A stretch of 64,000 bases of DNA from an uncultured Pelagibacteraceae bacterium (GCA_902577525.1 CACGZG010000002.1:19222-83221), one strand, 5' to 3'; shown: positions 9,157-19,775, numbered from the stretch's first letter. The notes: a model not told the origin generated them from the letters alone. Program-made: numbers and translations.

Positions 9157-10710
9157 TTAATCTTTAAAAACTATATTTCTTGCAGACATAATTAATTCAT
9201 CTGCTTCATTTTTTGATAATGCAAAATCTTCAAGATAACCCTGAATTTTAACTTTTTCACCTTTTACAACATCAAAGCCACCAGTTAATTCATCAGAAGC
9301 TAAGTCTGCGAAATCCTCTAATTTTAATATCTTTTGTTCACCAAGTGTGACCAACATTCCTGGTGTTAAACCTTTTAAATTTATCAGATTGTCAGCTAAT
9401 CCTAATTCTTTAATTCTCTGAGATATATCTTCTTGATCTTTTTGGTAAAATTCCTTAGCTCTTTCAATTAATGCTTTTGCAGTTTCTTCTTCTATTCCTT
9501 CTATCTTGATTAAATTTTCTATTGAACTATCTTTTATGTCATCAATTGTAGAAAAGCCTTCAGCTACTAAAAGTTGTCCTAAGGTTTCATCTAATTCAAG
9601 ATTTTTTACAAAATTATCTGTTTTTTCTCTAAATTCTAACTGTCTTCTCTCTGAATCCTCTTGGTCTGTCATAATATTAATTTCATAATTTAATAATTTT
9701 GTTGCTAACCTTACATTTTGACCTCTTCTTCCAATAGCTTTACTTAAATTTTCTTCAGTTAAAATTACATCAAGTCTTTTTCTCTCTAAATCAACATTTA
9801 CTCTTTGAACCTCAGCAGGAGAGAGAGCATTAGAAACTAATACCGCAGGATCTTCCGACCAATTGACTATATCAATTTTTTCCCCTTGTAGTTCATTAAC
9901 AACTGCTTGAACCCTCGAACCTCTCATTCCAACACATGCTCCGACTGGGTCTAGAGAAGTATCAACTGCTTTTACACATATTTTTGCTCTACTCCCAGGA
10001 TCTCTTGATGATGAGTTAATTTCAATTAACCCATCATAAATCTCTGGTACTTCTTGTACAAATAATTTTTCCATAAATTTTGGATGTGCTCTAGAAAGAA
10101 ATATCTGCTGTCCTCTCGGCTCTCTTCTTACATCATAACAATATGCTTTTATTCTATCACCAGCTTTTATGTTCTCTCTTGGAATCAGTTCATTTTTTTG
10201 AATTATTGCTTCTGTTCTTCCTAAATCTACTATTACGTTACCGAATTCTAGTCTTTTTACTATACCACTCAGTATAGTATCTTTTTTATCAATAAAATCA
10301 TTAAATTGTCTTTCCCGCTCTGCTTCTCTGACACTAAAATTTATCACTTGTTTTGCTATTTGAGCAGCAATTCTACCAAAATCAAAAGACGGTAATGGCT
10401 GTAAAATTTCATCACCAACTTTCTTATCTTTATTCATTTCATTTAAATTTATTGCATCTTCAAGATTAATTTCAGTATTTGAGTTATCTGGATTTTCTGC
10501 AATGATTAATTTTCTAAAAATTTCGATATCTCCATTTTCTCTATTTATTAAAACTTTTATTTCATTGTCTTGTCCAAATTTAGATTTTGCTGCTTTAGCA
10601 ATACCAGTTTCCATTGAATTAATAATCAATTCTTTATCTATAGATTTTTCAAGCGCAACGGCCTCGGCAATTCTCAATAATTCTAATTTATCTGCTCTTT
10701 TGTTTAACAT
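9157..10710 (-). CDS. nusA: Transcription termination/antitermination factor NusA
   Basis: S1/KH domains, RDPGSRAK, GACVGMRGSRV. Start moved to ATG at 10710 (GGAG 9 nt upstream) from the track's TTG at 10725. Confidence 0.96.
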   Translation of the reverse strand: MLNKRADKLELLRIAEAVALEKSIDKELIINSMETGIAKAAKSKFGQDNEIKVLINRENGDIEIFRKLIIAENPDNSNTEINLEDAINLNEMNKDKKVGDEILQPLPSFDFGRIAAQIAKQVINFSVREAERERQFNDFIDKKDTILSGIVKRLEFGNVIVDLGRTEAIIQKNELIPRENIKAGDRIKAYCYDVRREPRGQQIFLSRAHPKFMEKLFVQEVPEIYDGLIEINSSSRDPGSRAKICVKAVDTSLDPVGACVGMRGSRVQAVVNELQGEKIDIVNWSEDPAVLVSNALSPAEVQRVNVDLERKRLDVILTEENLSKAIGRRGQNVRLATKLLNYEINIMTDQEDSERRQLEFREKTDNFVKNLELDETLGQLLVAEGFSTIDDIKDSSIENLIKIEGIEEETAKALIERAKEFYQKDQEDISQRIKELGLADNLINLKGLTPGMLVTLGEQKILKLEDFADLASDELTGGFDVVKGEKVKIQGYLEDFALSKNEADELIMSARNIVFKD

Positions 10711-10723
10711 CTTAATACACTCC

Positions 10724-10750
10724 AAAAAAAAATGGGCTAACGCCCATTTT
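10724..10750 (-). terminator. Intrinsic-terminator-like hairpin directly before the nusA RBS
   Basis: Minus strand ATGGGC-GTTA-GCCCAT followed by 8 further U and then GGAG. Confidence 0.65.
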
Positions 10751-10806
10751 GATAATTCAACAATGTACGAGGAATATATTAAAGATTTTCAAATAATCAA
10801 TAAAAA

Positions 10807-11976
10807 CTATTTTGAAAAAAAGGTTGTTTTATCAGTTTTTTCCCATGAAAAAGCTCCATCTTTTTCTGGCATTCTTCCGAAATGACCATACGCAGCTGTC
10901 TTTTCATATATTGGTTTATTTAATTCTAACATTTCTCTTATTCCTCTCGGACTTAAATCAAAATTTTCATTAATTTTTTCTATTACAAATTTATTTTTTT
11001 CGTGATCATTTTCGAATAAATTTACATAAATTGACAAAGGCTTTGATACACCAATAGCATAAGCTAATTGTATCAAACATCTATCTGCAACTTTTGAAGC
11101 CACAACATTTTTTGCAATGTATCTTGCTGCATAGGCTGCAGATCTATCTACTTTTGTCGGATCCTTGCCTGAAAATGCTCCTCCACCGTGTGGTGCAGCA
11201 CCACCATAGGTATCAACTATAATCTTTCTACCTGTTAAACCACAATCACCATCTGGACCACCAATGACAAAATTACCAGTCGGATTTACATAAAATTCTT
11301 TGTCATCAAAATCTTTCATAAAATTTTTAGGTATCGAATTCATCATGTATGGTCTTAGTAATTCTCTGACTTGATCTTGATTTACTTCAGGTGAATGTTG
11401 AGAAGAAATAACCACCGATTTTACCTTTGTTGGATGACCATTAACATATTCAAATGTTACTTGGCTTTTAGAATCTGGTTCAATATGTTTTAATTTACCC
11501 ATTTTTCTATCCTCAGCCATCAATTTTAGTATTTTATGAGAGTAATGAATTGGAGCAGGCATTAAAACATCTGTCTCATTACAAGCATATCCAAACATAA
11601 TACCTTGATCCCCAGCACCCTCATCTTTATTACCTGAAGAATCTACTCCCATAGCAATATCAATAGACTGAGAATGCAAATGGCTTTCAATTTTTGTTGC
11701 TTCTTTCCAAGTAAATCCATCCTGATCATAACCAATATCTTTTATGCAGTTTCTAACTTTTGAAATAATTTCATCTTTTTCAATTTCAGGTCCTCGGACT
11801 TCTCCGGCTAAAACAACTTTATTTGTCGTAGTGAGAGTTTCGCACGCTACTCTCGAAAATGGATCTTTTGAAATATAAGTATCTACAACCATATCAGATA
11901 TTCTATCAGATACTTTATCTGGATGACCTTCTGATACAGACTCACTGGTGAAAAGGAAATTTTTTAAATTATTCAT
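10807..11976 (-). CDS. metK: S-adenosylmethionine synthetase
   Basis: [26 protein letters not shown]. Confidence 0.97.
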   Translation of the reverse strand: MNNLKNFLFTSESVSEGHPDKVSDRISDMVVDTYISKDPFSRVACETLTTTNKVVLAGEVRGPEIEKDEIISKVRNCIKDIGYDQDGFTWKEATKIESHLHSQSIDIAMGVDSSGNKDEGAGDQGIMFGYACNETDVLMPAPIHYSHKILKLMAEDRKMGKLKHIEPDSKSQVTFEYVNGHPTKVKSVVISSQHSPEVNQDQVRELLRPYMMNSIPKNFMKDFDDKEFYVNPTGNFVIGGPDGDCGLTGRKIIVDTYGGAAPHGGGAFSGKDPTKVDRSAAYAARYIAKNVVASKVADRCLIQLAYAIGVSKPLSIYVNLFENDHEKNKFVIEKINENFDLSPRGIREMLELNKPIYEKTAAYGHFGRMPEKDGAFSWEKTDKTTFFSK

Positions 11977-13513
11977 CTTTGATCCTATTAAATGAAATTG
12001 TTAGAAAAATATACAATAAAATTAATACTAGAAATATCATATTTCCATATTTAGAAAAAAATGTTTTATCCACATCTTTTTTTTTTTCGAAATCTATATA
12101 ACCTTTTTCACCATAATTGATTTTCTTTTCAATTTCTCCTAAAGGATTGATTAAAGCAGACATTCCATTATTTGCCGCTCTAACTACATATTTTCCATTT
12201 TCTATTGCTCTAAATATACTGTGAGCAAAATGTTGTTTTGGGCCAATAGATTTACCAAACCAACCATCTTCGGAAATATTAGCTATGAAATCAAAATCAA
12301 AGTTTTTTGATAAATTACCAGTATAAATTATTTCATAACAAATCAATGGTAAAAAACTTAATTCATAATTCTTATTCTCAATCTTAATTATCTTTCTATC
12401 ATTTCCTTTTGTAAAAGATCCAAAATTATTGGTTATTGTTTTTAAACCAATTTTTTTTAAAAAAATTTCTAAAGGAAGAAATTCACCAAAAGGAACTAAT
12501 TTGTTTTTGTCATAATTGTTTAATAAATTCAAATTATTATCTAAAACTGATAAAGAATTGAAATAAATTTTTTTATTATTCTTTATCGTTCTTTTTGTGA
12601 TACCTAAGCCTATGAAATGATTCTCATTAAAATTCTTTGAAAAATCACCCGCAAATAATTTAATTTGATCTAAGTATGTATTAGGTATAATTCCCTCTGG
12701 CCATAAAAAAAATATCCTTTTTGTTTTATCTGGTTTACTTATCGAGATTAACTCATTAACTACATCTTTGGCTGGAGTATCATTATAAAATCTTTCGAGA
12801 TTTATATTTGAAGAAATAATCCTAATTATATAGGGATTTTCAATGAAATTTTTATCTAAAAATTCTTTTTTTTGAAATGTACCATAGATCAGAAACAAAA
12901 AAGGTAATAAAAAAAATATGATTGTTAAAAAAATTTCTTTTTTTGATTTTCTCAAAATAAAAATTGCTGGTGTAATAAAAAGGCTAATTACAATTAAATT
13001 TAAAGAATATGTGCCAATTAATGAAATTATACTTATAAATTTAAGATTTTCTGAAAAAGTGTAAACTATAAGATTCCATGGAAATCCTGTTAAAATTGTA
13101 CCTCTTAAAAATTCAATTACCCCAAATAGAAGCGAAAATGTAAAAAAGGCACTGATGATATTTTTTGGCTTAATTAAACAAAAAAATAAAGAAATAAAAC
13201 TATAAAATAAAGCTAAGAAAGAAGGTATTAAAATTAAAGCTATTGGTAATAAAAATATAAAGCTTTTATCAAAAGTTAAAGATATGGTAATCCAATACAA
13301 ATTAGAAAAAAAATAACTAAAACCAAAGAGCCATCCATAAAAAAAGAATTTTTTTTTAGATACTTTTCTATCTAACCTTTTAAATAAAAAAATGAAAAAA
13401 ATGCTTAATGTTAAGAAATTTATCAAAAAAAAATTGAATGGTGGAAGACTTAAAGATGTTAAACCACCTATAATCAATAATAACAAACTTTCAAATAAAA
13501 ATTTTTTTTTCAA
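11969..13513 (-). CDS. lnt: Apolipoprotein N-acyltransferase
   Basis: Multiple TM segments, GFPWN, WPEG, LVPFGE, PLICYE; TTG start. Confidence 0.93.
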   Translation of the reverse strand: MKKKFLFESLLLLIIGGLTSLSLPPFNFFLINFLTLSIFFIFLFKRLDRKVSKKKFFFYGWLFGFSYFFSNLYWITISLTFDKSFIFLLPIALILIPSFLALFYSFISLFFCLIKPKNIISAFFTFSLLFGVIEFLRGTILTGFPWNLIVYTFSENLKFISIISLIGTYSLNLIVISLFITPAIFILRKSKKEIFLTIIFFLLPFLFLIYGTFQKKEFLDKNFIENPYIIRIISSNINLERFYNDTPAKDVVNELISISKPDKTKRIFFLWPEGIIPNTYLDQIKLFAGDFSKNFNENHFIGLGITKRTIKNNKKIYFNSLSVLDNNLNLLNNYDKNKLVPFGEFLPLEIFLKKIGLKTITNNFGSFTKGNDRKIIKIENKNYELSFLPLICYEIIYTGNLSKNFDFDFIANISEDGWFGKSIGPKQHFAHSIFRAIENGKYVVRAANNGMSALINPLGEIEKKINYGEKGYIDFEKKKDVDKTFFSKYGNMIFLVLILLYIFLTISFNRIKDE

Positions 13514-13514
13514 T

Positions 13515-13976
13515 TTAATTCAGTAATTTTTGAACAGATTTAAAAATTTTTTTTTCTTCGTCCATCATTTTTATATAATCTTTTTTAAGCATATGGTCGT
13601 GCCCTATCAAATGTAAAAATCCATGAATAAAAATCTTTATTGTTTTTTTTTGAAATTCTTTATTACTTAGTTTTTTAAATTTATCCATGTAATCAAAACT
13701 AATAATTATATCTCCAAGATAAAACTCTTTTTTATTTCCTATTTTTTGATCAAAGGGGAAGGCAAGAATATCTGTATGCTTGTTTTTATTTCTAAATTTT
13801 TTGTTTAAAATTCTTATTTTATTATTATTTGAAAGTAATAAACTTAAGTATGCTTTTTTTTTAATAAATCTGTATTTTTTTGGAAAATGTTTACAAACTC
13901 GATTAAATAAGTTATTTTTTTTTTTAATTTTTTTTAACCAAGATTTTTCCTCGGAAATAACATTAATTCTTATCAT
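13515..13976 (-). CDS. ybeY: rRNA maturation endoribonuclease YbeY
   Basis: HGFLHLIGHDH, TDILAFP, LGDIIIS; likely start MIRINV at 13976. Confidence 0.92.
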   Translation of the reverse strand: MIRINVISEEKSWLKKIKKKNNLFNRVCKHFPKKYRFIKKKAYLSLLLSNNNKIRILNKKFRNKNKHTDILAFPFDQKIGNKKEFYLGDIIISFDYMDKFKKLSNKEFQKKTIKIFIHGFLHLIGHDHMLKKDYIKMMDEEKKIFKSVQKLLN

Positions 13977-14964
13977 TGATGTTATAAGCTTTAACAATTT
14001 TTGATACAAGAGGGTGTCTCACTACATCTGAATGATTAAAATCTACAAATGCAATTTCACTCAAATGAGATAAAATTTTCTTAGATTTTTGTAAACCTGA
14101 CATACTTTTGTTTGGTAAATCTATTTGTGAAGGATCTCCATTAACAACAATTTTTGAGTTTTCACCTATTCTAGTTAAAAACATTTTAATCTGAGTGTCT
14201 GTAGCATTTTGTGCCTCATCTAAAATAGCAAATGAATTTTTTAATGTCCTACCTCTCATAAAGGCGAGAGGTGCAATTTCAATATCACCAATTTCTATCA
14301 TTCTTTGAATTTTTTCAAAATGAAACAAATCGTAAAGTGAGTCATACAAAGGCCTTAGATAAGGATCAACTTTTTCCTTCATGTCTCCTGGTAAAAAACC
14401 AAGTCTCTCACCAGCTTCTACGGCGGGTCTAGACAAAATAATTCTTTCAATTTTTTTTTCCAATAACATTGTTAAACCTATAGCAACTGCTAAGAAAGTT
14501 TTTCCGGTTCCTGCAGGACCAGCAGAAATAATTATTTCTCTTTCTCTAAGTGCTCTTACGTATTCTTTTTGTCTTTCAGATCTTGGGATAATTGATTTTT
14601 TTGGAGTCTTTATAATATCTGTAATATTAGTATTTTTTACTTTTTCATTTATCATAAACTTATCAACAGAGGATAAAATATCTTTTTGTTCTAAATTTCC
14701 ATTATTTGATAATTGATTTACTAAAAACTGAATTGCATTTTTTACAATTTCATTTTTCTCCAACGATGATTTAATTAATATCGAATTTCCTCGGGAATAT
14801 ATGCTAGCACCTGTTATTTTTTCTAATTCTTTTAAATTTTTATTAAATTCTCCAACAATACCCATTAATAAATCATTATCGTGAAAAATAATACTGAGAG
14901 AACTATTTTCTGAATATACAAACTTAAGTGAGGGTTGAGTATCTTTTTTAATTGTACTGCTCAA
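13963..14964 (-). CDS. phoH: PhoH-like ATPase
   Basis: GPAGTGKT, RPAVEAGERLGFLPG, DEAQN. Confidence 0.93.
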   Translation of the reverse strand: MSSTIKKDTQPSLKFVYSENSSLSIIFHDNDLLMGIVGEFNKNLKELEKITGASIYSRGNSILIKSSLEKNEIVKNAIQFLVNQLSNNGNLEQKDILSSVDKFMINEKVKNTNITDIIKTPKKSIIPRSERQKEYVRALREREIIISAGPAGTGKTFLAVAIGLTMLLEKKIERIILSRPAVEAGERLGFLPGDMKEKVDPYLRPLYDSLYDLFHFEKIQRMIEIGDIEIAPLAFMRGRTLKNSFAILDEAQNATDTQIKMFLTRIGENSKIVVNGDPSQIDLPNKSMSGLQKSKKILSHLSEIAFVDFNHSDVVRHPLVSKIVKAYNINDKN

Positions 14965-14966
14965 AT

Positions 14967-16295
14967 TTATGCCACTCTTTTATTGAAATTATTTAAACTT
15001 TCGCCGAACAATGTATTCTGATTGCTAAAATTTATTTTTACTTTTACGGTATTTCCCACATCTTTATCATTACCATCAAAAATGACTGAAGTCATGTACT
15101 CAGATCTACCAAAAAACTTATTGCTTTCATCTGTTTTATTTTCCACTAGTACCTCAATTTCCTCATTTTCTAAATTTTTATTCATTTTGATTTGATTATC
15201 AAATAATTGTTTTTGGACCTTCTCTAATCTCATAATAGATATTCTCCTATCAATTAATTTTAAATTAGATGCAACTGTTCCTGGTCTTGGACTAAATATA
15301 AATGAAAAAGAATTTATGAATTTTATATTTTTGATCAAATCTAATGTTAAATTAAAATCATTTTCCTCTTCACCTGGATAAGCAATAATAAAATCACTTG
15401 AAAATTCAATTTTTGGATTGATAACTTTTAATTTTTCATAGATTTCAACATAATCACTTATTTTATGTTTTCTATTCATTAGTCCTAAAATTTTATCCGA
15501 ACCACTTTGTACAGGCAAGTGAACTAATGGCATTAATTTTTTTGAATATTTGTAAACATTAAGCAAATCTTCTGTCATATCTTTAGGATGAGATGTCGTA
15601 TATCTTATCCTTTTAATCTGTGGAATATTTTCTATTTCAAATATTAAATCTGATAATCTTTTATTATTGTTTTTATAAGCATTCACATTTTGACCTAACA
15701 ATGTCAATTCTGAAACACCGTTTTCAGACAAGACTTTTGCCTCGTTTACAACTTCATCAAATGGTCTAGAATATTCAGGACCCCGTGTATATGGAACAAC
15801 ACAAAAATGACAAAATTTATCACAACCTTCCTGAATTGTAAGGAAAGATGAAACCTTATTAGAATTATTTTTTATTTTATTTAGATAGCTAAATTTAGTT
15901 TCTGCATCAAAGGTTGTCTCCTCTAATTTTTTTCTTTTATCAAAAAATTCCTCAATCTTATTATTAATCTTATGATAGGCCTGAGGACCAATAACTATAT
16001 CGATATATGGTTCTCTTTTTAACATTTCCTCATTTTCAGCTTGAGCAACACACCCCGCAACAATTACAAGCGGTTTTTTTTTGAATCTAAAATTTTTTTT
16101 TAATCTTCCTACTTCATGATAAACTTTTTCTTTTGCTTTATCTCTTATGTGGCATGTATTTAAAAGATAACAATCAGACTCGTTCAATATAGTAGTTTTT
16201 TCAAAACCTATCTTTTTGACCATATCACATAATCTGTTCGAGTCGTATTCATTCATTTGACACCCAAAAGTTTTTATAAATATTTTTTTATTCAT
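14967..16295 (-). CDS. miaB: tRNA-i6A37 methylthiotransferase
   Basis: TFGCQMN, radical-SAM CDKFCHFC, C-terminal TRAM domain; likely start MNKKIF at 16295. Confidence 0.94.
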   Translation of the reverse strand: MNKKIFIKTFGCQMNEYDSNRLCDMVKKIGFEKTTILNESDCYLLNTCHIRDKAKEKVYHEVGRLKKNFRFKKKPLVIVAGCVAQAENEEMLKREPYIDIVIGPQAYHKINNKIEEFFDKRKKLEETTFDAETKFSYLNKIKNNSNKVSSFLTIQEGCDKFCHFCVVPYTRGPEYSRPFDEVVNEAKVLSENGVSELTLLGQNVNAYKNNNKRLSDLIFEIENIPQIKRIRYTTSHPKDMTEDLLNVYKYSKKLMPLVHLPVQSGSDKILGLMNRKHKISDYVEIYEKLKVINPKIEFSSDFIIAYPGEEENDFNLTLDLIKNIKFINSFSFIFSPRPGTVASNLKLIDRRISIMRLEKVQKQLFDNQIKMNKNLENEEIEVLVENKTDESNKFFGRSEYMTSVIFDGNDKDVGNTVKVKINFSNQNTLFGESLNNFNKRVA

Positions 16296-16707
16296 CTTTT
16301 GATTTAACTTTGACTCCATATAACTCAAGTTTATGATCAACTAATTTGTAGCCATATTTATCAGCAACTTTTTTTTGAAGTTTCTCTATTTCCTCATCGA
16401 CAAATTCAATGATTTCACCTGTTTTTACATCTATCAAATGATCATGGTGTCCTTCATTTAATTCCTCATATCTTGCCTTGCCACCTTTAAACTCATGCTT
16501 AGTTAAAATACCTGACTCTTCAAATAACTTTACAGTTCTATAAACAGTTGCAATACTAATCTTCGGATCTATTTTAGATACTCTTTGATATAGATCATCA
16601 ACATCTGGATGATCAGTTGAATCAGACATTACCTTAGCTATTATACGCCTTTGGTCAGTAAGTTTTACCCCTTTAGACAAACATTTTTCTTCAATTGTTT
16701 CTGACAT
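16288..16707 (-). CDS. fur: Fur/Mur-family metalloregulator
   Basis: DHPDV, ISIATVYRTVKLF, HHDHLID; position upstream of miaB. Confidence 0.9.
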   Translation of the reverse strand: MSETIEEKCLSKGVKLTDQRRIIAKVMSDSTDHPDVDDLYQRVSKIDPKISIATVYRTVKLFEESGILTKHEFKGGKARYEELNEGHHDHLIDVKTGEIIEFVDEEIEKLQKKVADKYGYKLVDHKLELYGVKVKSKDE

Positions 16708-16715
16708 AACTAATT

Positions 16716-17102
16716 CTAACTCAAGTAAATAGGATTAATCAAATTTTTTTTGATTTTAAATTTTTTGCATAAATTTGGCACATTTTTATATATAATCTGA
16801 TTTTCTCCTTTAAAATCCTTTAAACTAAAACAGTAATAATCGATTTTATTTGCTAAATTAATAGCTTTCACAATTGATAGAGAATTTCGTATCCCAGCAA
16901 AGCTACCCGGACCCCCGTTAACGTAAATTTTGGAAATCTTAGTCAAACTTAAATTTTTTGATTGTAAAAATTCATTTATTAACAACATCAACTTTTCAAA
17001 ATTAATTTTGCTATTTTCATAAGAAATATTATGATTAAAGTCATTACCAATGATCATTAAAAAAATCTCATTTTTTGTAGCATCAATAATAAGTTTATTC
17101 AT
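16716..17102 (-). CDS. tsaB: tRNA t6A biosynthesis protein TsaB (short, 128 aa)
   Basis: LIIDAT start, GPGSFAGIR motif; position upstream of fur-miaB. Confidence 0.8.
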   Translation of the reverse strand: MNKLIIDATKNEIFLMIIGNDFNHNISYENSKINFEKLMLLINEFLQSKNLSLTKISKIYVNGGPGSFAGIRNSLSIVKAINLANKIDYYCFSLKDFKGENQIIYKNVPNLCKKFKIKKNLINPIYLS

Positions 17103-18111
17103 TTTAGAATTTTTTTATATATCCAAATCTAATTCAGATGAGAATAATAGTAAATATTATTCGAACGATAGTGGTATTCTGTCATTAATGTATCACAGAT
17201 TTAATGAAAACAAATATCCCTCCACAAATATTCGTATGAATATGTTTAAAGATCAAATGAACATAATTAAAAATCTTAATTATGATTTTTATAGTCCAGA
17301 AATTTTTCTAAAAGAATTTAATAAACCTAAAGCTGAGAAAAAAATTTTGATAACAATAGATGATGGATTTAAATCATTTTATAATGAAGCCTGGCCGTAT
17401 CTGAAAAAAAACAAAATTCCTTTTATACTTTTTGTGTCCACAGAGCCTGTCGGAAAAAAGGGATATATGTCTTGGGATGAAATTAGAGAGGTTGAAAAAT
17501 CTGAAATTGGATTTATCGGACATCATTCACACACACATAAATATCTAATAGATATGAGTAATGACGAATTCAAAAAGGATATTGAGACCGCATCAAGAAT
17601 TTTTAAAAAGAAACTAGGCTATGTTCCAGAAATTTTTTCATATCCATTTGGTGAATATTCACTCTACATGAAAAATTATATATCAAAAAACTTTAAAGTT
17701 GCCTTTGGACAACATTCGGGAGTTATTGATATAAACAAAGACAAATTTGAACTTCCAAGATTTCCCATAAATGAAAAATATGGAAATTTAAATAGATTCA
17801 GATCATTAATTAGTTATTTGCCTTTAGAATATAAGAAACTTGAGCCAAATCAAAAAAAAATTGAAACAAAAAACAATCCACCTAAATTAATCATCGAATT
17901 TTTTGATGAACAAACCAATTTAAATAATATTAATTGTTATTCAAATGAGGGAGATAAATGGGATAAATCAATTATAAAAATTTCAAAAAATATATTATCA
18001 GTTAAATTCAGAGAACCTTTTGCTCCAAGACGTGGAAGAATAAATTGTTCACTTAACGATAATGGTAAATGGCGTTGGTTTGGAACTCAGTTTACAATTA
18101 TGAGAGATTAA
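17050..18111 (+). CDS. Polysaccharide/peptidoglycan deacetylase (NodB/CE4) with N-terminal membrane or signal segment
   Basis: LMYHRF, TIDDG, HHSHTH, FSYPFG, LPRFP. Confidence 0.85.
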   Translation: MIIKKISFFVASIISLFILEFFYISKSNSDENNSKYYSNDSGILSLMYHRFNENKYPSTNIRMNMFKDQMNIIKNLNYDFYSPEIFLKEFNKPKAEKKILITIDDGFKSFYNEAWPYLKKNKIPFILFVSTEPVGKKGYMSWDEIREVEKSEIGFIGHHSHTHKYLIDMSNDEFKKDIETASRIFKKKLGYVPEIFSYPFGEYSLYMKNYISKNFKVAFGQHSGVIDINKDKFELPRFPINEKYGNLNRFRSLISYLPLEYKKLEPNQKKIETKNNPPKLIIEFFDEQTNLNNINCYSNEGDKWDKSIIKISKNILSVKFREPFAPRRGRINCSLNDNGKWRWFGTQFTIMRD

Positions 18112-19184
18112 ATTAAACTCTCTAATTCTTTACTTGATGGCAATAACTTAGCGTCATCAAAATCTTTCAAATTATTTTGTTTAATAATCTTTCTAATAAT
18201 CTCAACATATTTTTCACCAGTTGCAGCATATGTATCAAGAAATTCAGCAAGAATAATACTGTCTAAAGATTTTCCGGCATCTCTTAGCCCTGCGCGTGCT
18301 TTTCTAAAATCTTTATATGAAGAATGAGTATTTAAATTTCTTTGGTAAGCTCTTACAGAGGCTTGTAGAACATTGAAACGCATCACTTTATGTCCTTCGT
18401 TTTTATCAGACTCCTTTGGCTTCAATCCCTCGCCTGACCAAGTCCATTGTCCAAATAGTGCATTTCCTTCTTGAGCAAATCTTGAGGTTCCCCATCCAGT
18501 TTCTTTTGCTGCTTGGGCAATAGCTAAGGAAACTGGTATCTCATCCATTCTTATTTTTAAAGTTGAAAGGTCTTTTGAAGGTATACCATATTGCTTATAT
18601 TTCTTTTCAAGCCATTTTTTTTCTAATTTTGAATTATTACTTTTGTTAATGATATTAAAAAGTCTTTTTCTGTCTAAACGAATATTATTATTTTCTTTCA
18701 AAATTAAGGGTAAAACTATTTGTATAAAAAACTCTTTTCTTTTTTTAGTACTTTCTATCATTTTAATTTCATTTGGAAGCAGAGTAAGAGCAACAGGTTT
18801 AACTAATTTTTTTTCTCTTACATCTTCTAATTTGTAATCTGTATCTTCAAATAATTGTTTTATTGTTGACGCATTTAATCTTACAGTATCGGTCTCAAGA
18901 TCATTTAAACTGAATATGTCTATTAATAAATCTCTCTCATCTAAATTTTTACTACCAGGATCTTCTCCATATTTTTCTTGATTAAGAGTATAAGCCAAAA
19001 CTTTTTTCGAATTGTTTTGAAACTCATTTTTTATGAAAATTTTTTTATTAGAAAAATCAATTAAAAATGGTGCTGAATAAAAGAAAATCATTAACACAAA
19101 ACTTGATAAAATCACTCTTGGTATAGATCCAATTTGAATTTCATCAAAATGTTTAAAGAAATAACTGTTTTTTTTTCTACTCAT
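18108..19184 (-). CDS. Bax-like glucosaminidase-domain (GH73) protein with N-terminal TM
   Basis: AIAQAAKETGWGTSRFA, NALFGQW, YQRNLNTH, YA motif. Confidence 0.82.
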   Translation of the reverse strand: MSRKKNSYFFKHFDEIQIGSIPRVILSSFVLMIFFYSAPFLIDFSNKKIFIKNEFQNNSKKVLAYTLNQEKYGEDPGSKNLDERDLLIDIFSLNDLETDTVRLNASTIKQLFEDTDYKLEDVREKKLVKPVALTLLPNEIKMIESTKKRKEFFIQIVLPLILKENNNIRLDRKRLFNIINKSNNSKLEKKWLEKKYKQYGIPSKDLSTLKIRMDEIPVSLAIAQAAKETGWGTSRFAQEGNALFGQWTWSGEGLKPKESDKNEGHKVMRFNVLQASVRAYQRNLNTHSSYKDFRKARAGLRDAGKSLDSIILAEFLDTYAATGEKYVEIIRKIIKQNNLKDFDDAKLLPSSKELESLI

Positions 19185-19724
19185 TTAAATTGCCTCAACT
19201 CTTTTAACTTCAGGCAAATAATGAGTAAGAAGGTTTTGAACTCCTTGTTTTAGTGTCATCGTGGAACTTGGACATCCTGAGCAGCTTCCTTGCAATTGCA
19301 CTTTAACTATGCCATCATTAAATTCTACAAACTTGATATCTCCTCCGTCTTTTGCAACAGCAGGTCTTATTTTCTCATCTAAAATTTTAATTATGTTTTT
19401 TTCTATCTCATTTAAATTTTGATTATTTTCGTTTAAATTATTGTCAATTACAAATTCTTTTCCATTTGAATAAAAATCATTTATTAAAGAAATAACAATA
19501 TGCTTAATATCATTCCAAGATACTTCGTCATTTTTATTGATTGAAATAAAATCTTTTCCCAAAAATATTCCTTCAACTCCGTTAATAGATAAGAGATTCC
19601 TTAATAGTTCATTAGTAGTATCTTCTTTTTTATTAATTTCAAAAGACCCTTGATTTGATACAACCTTTCCAGGTAAAAATTTTAATGAATTTGGGTTCGG
19701 TGTTATTTCGGTTTGAATGAACAT
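19185..19724 (-). CDS. nfuA: NfuA/NifU Fe-S cluster carrier
   Basis: TPNPNSLKF N-terminus, RPAVAKDGGDI, GSCSGC. Confidence 0.92.
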   Translation of the reverse strand: MFIQTEITPNPNSLKFLPGKVVSNQGSFEINKKEDTTNELLRNLLSINGVEGIFLGKDFISINKNDEVSWNDIKHIVISLINDFYSNGKEFVIDNNLNENNQNLNEIEKNIIKILDEKIRPAVAKDGGDIKFVEFNDGIVKVQLQGSCSGCPSSTMTLKQGVQNLLTHYLPEVKRVEAI

Positions 19725-19775
19725 AAGTTATATATAATGAAAATTTTTAAAATTTAAACTTGTAATTAATTTATT

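Noticed and set aside
11960-11990. SAM riboswitch upstream of metK
   Set aside because: metK overlaps lnt, leaving no leader, and no SAM-II/SAM-V-like sequence is visible.
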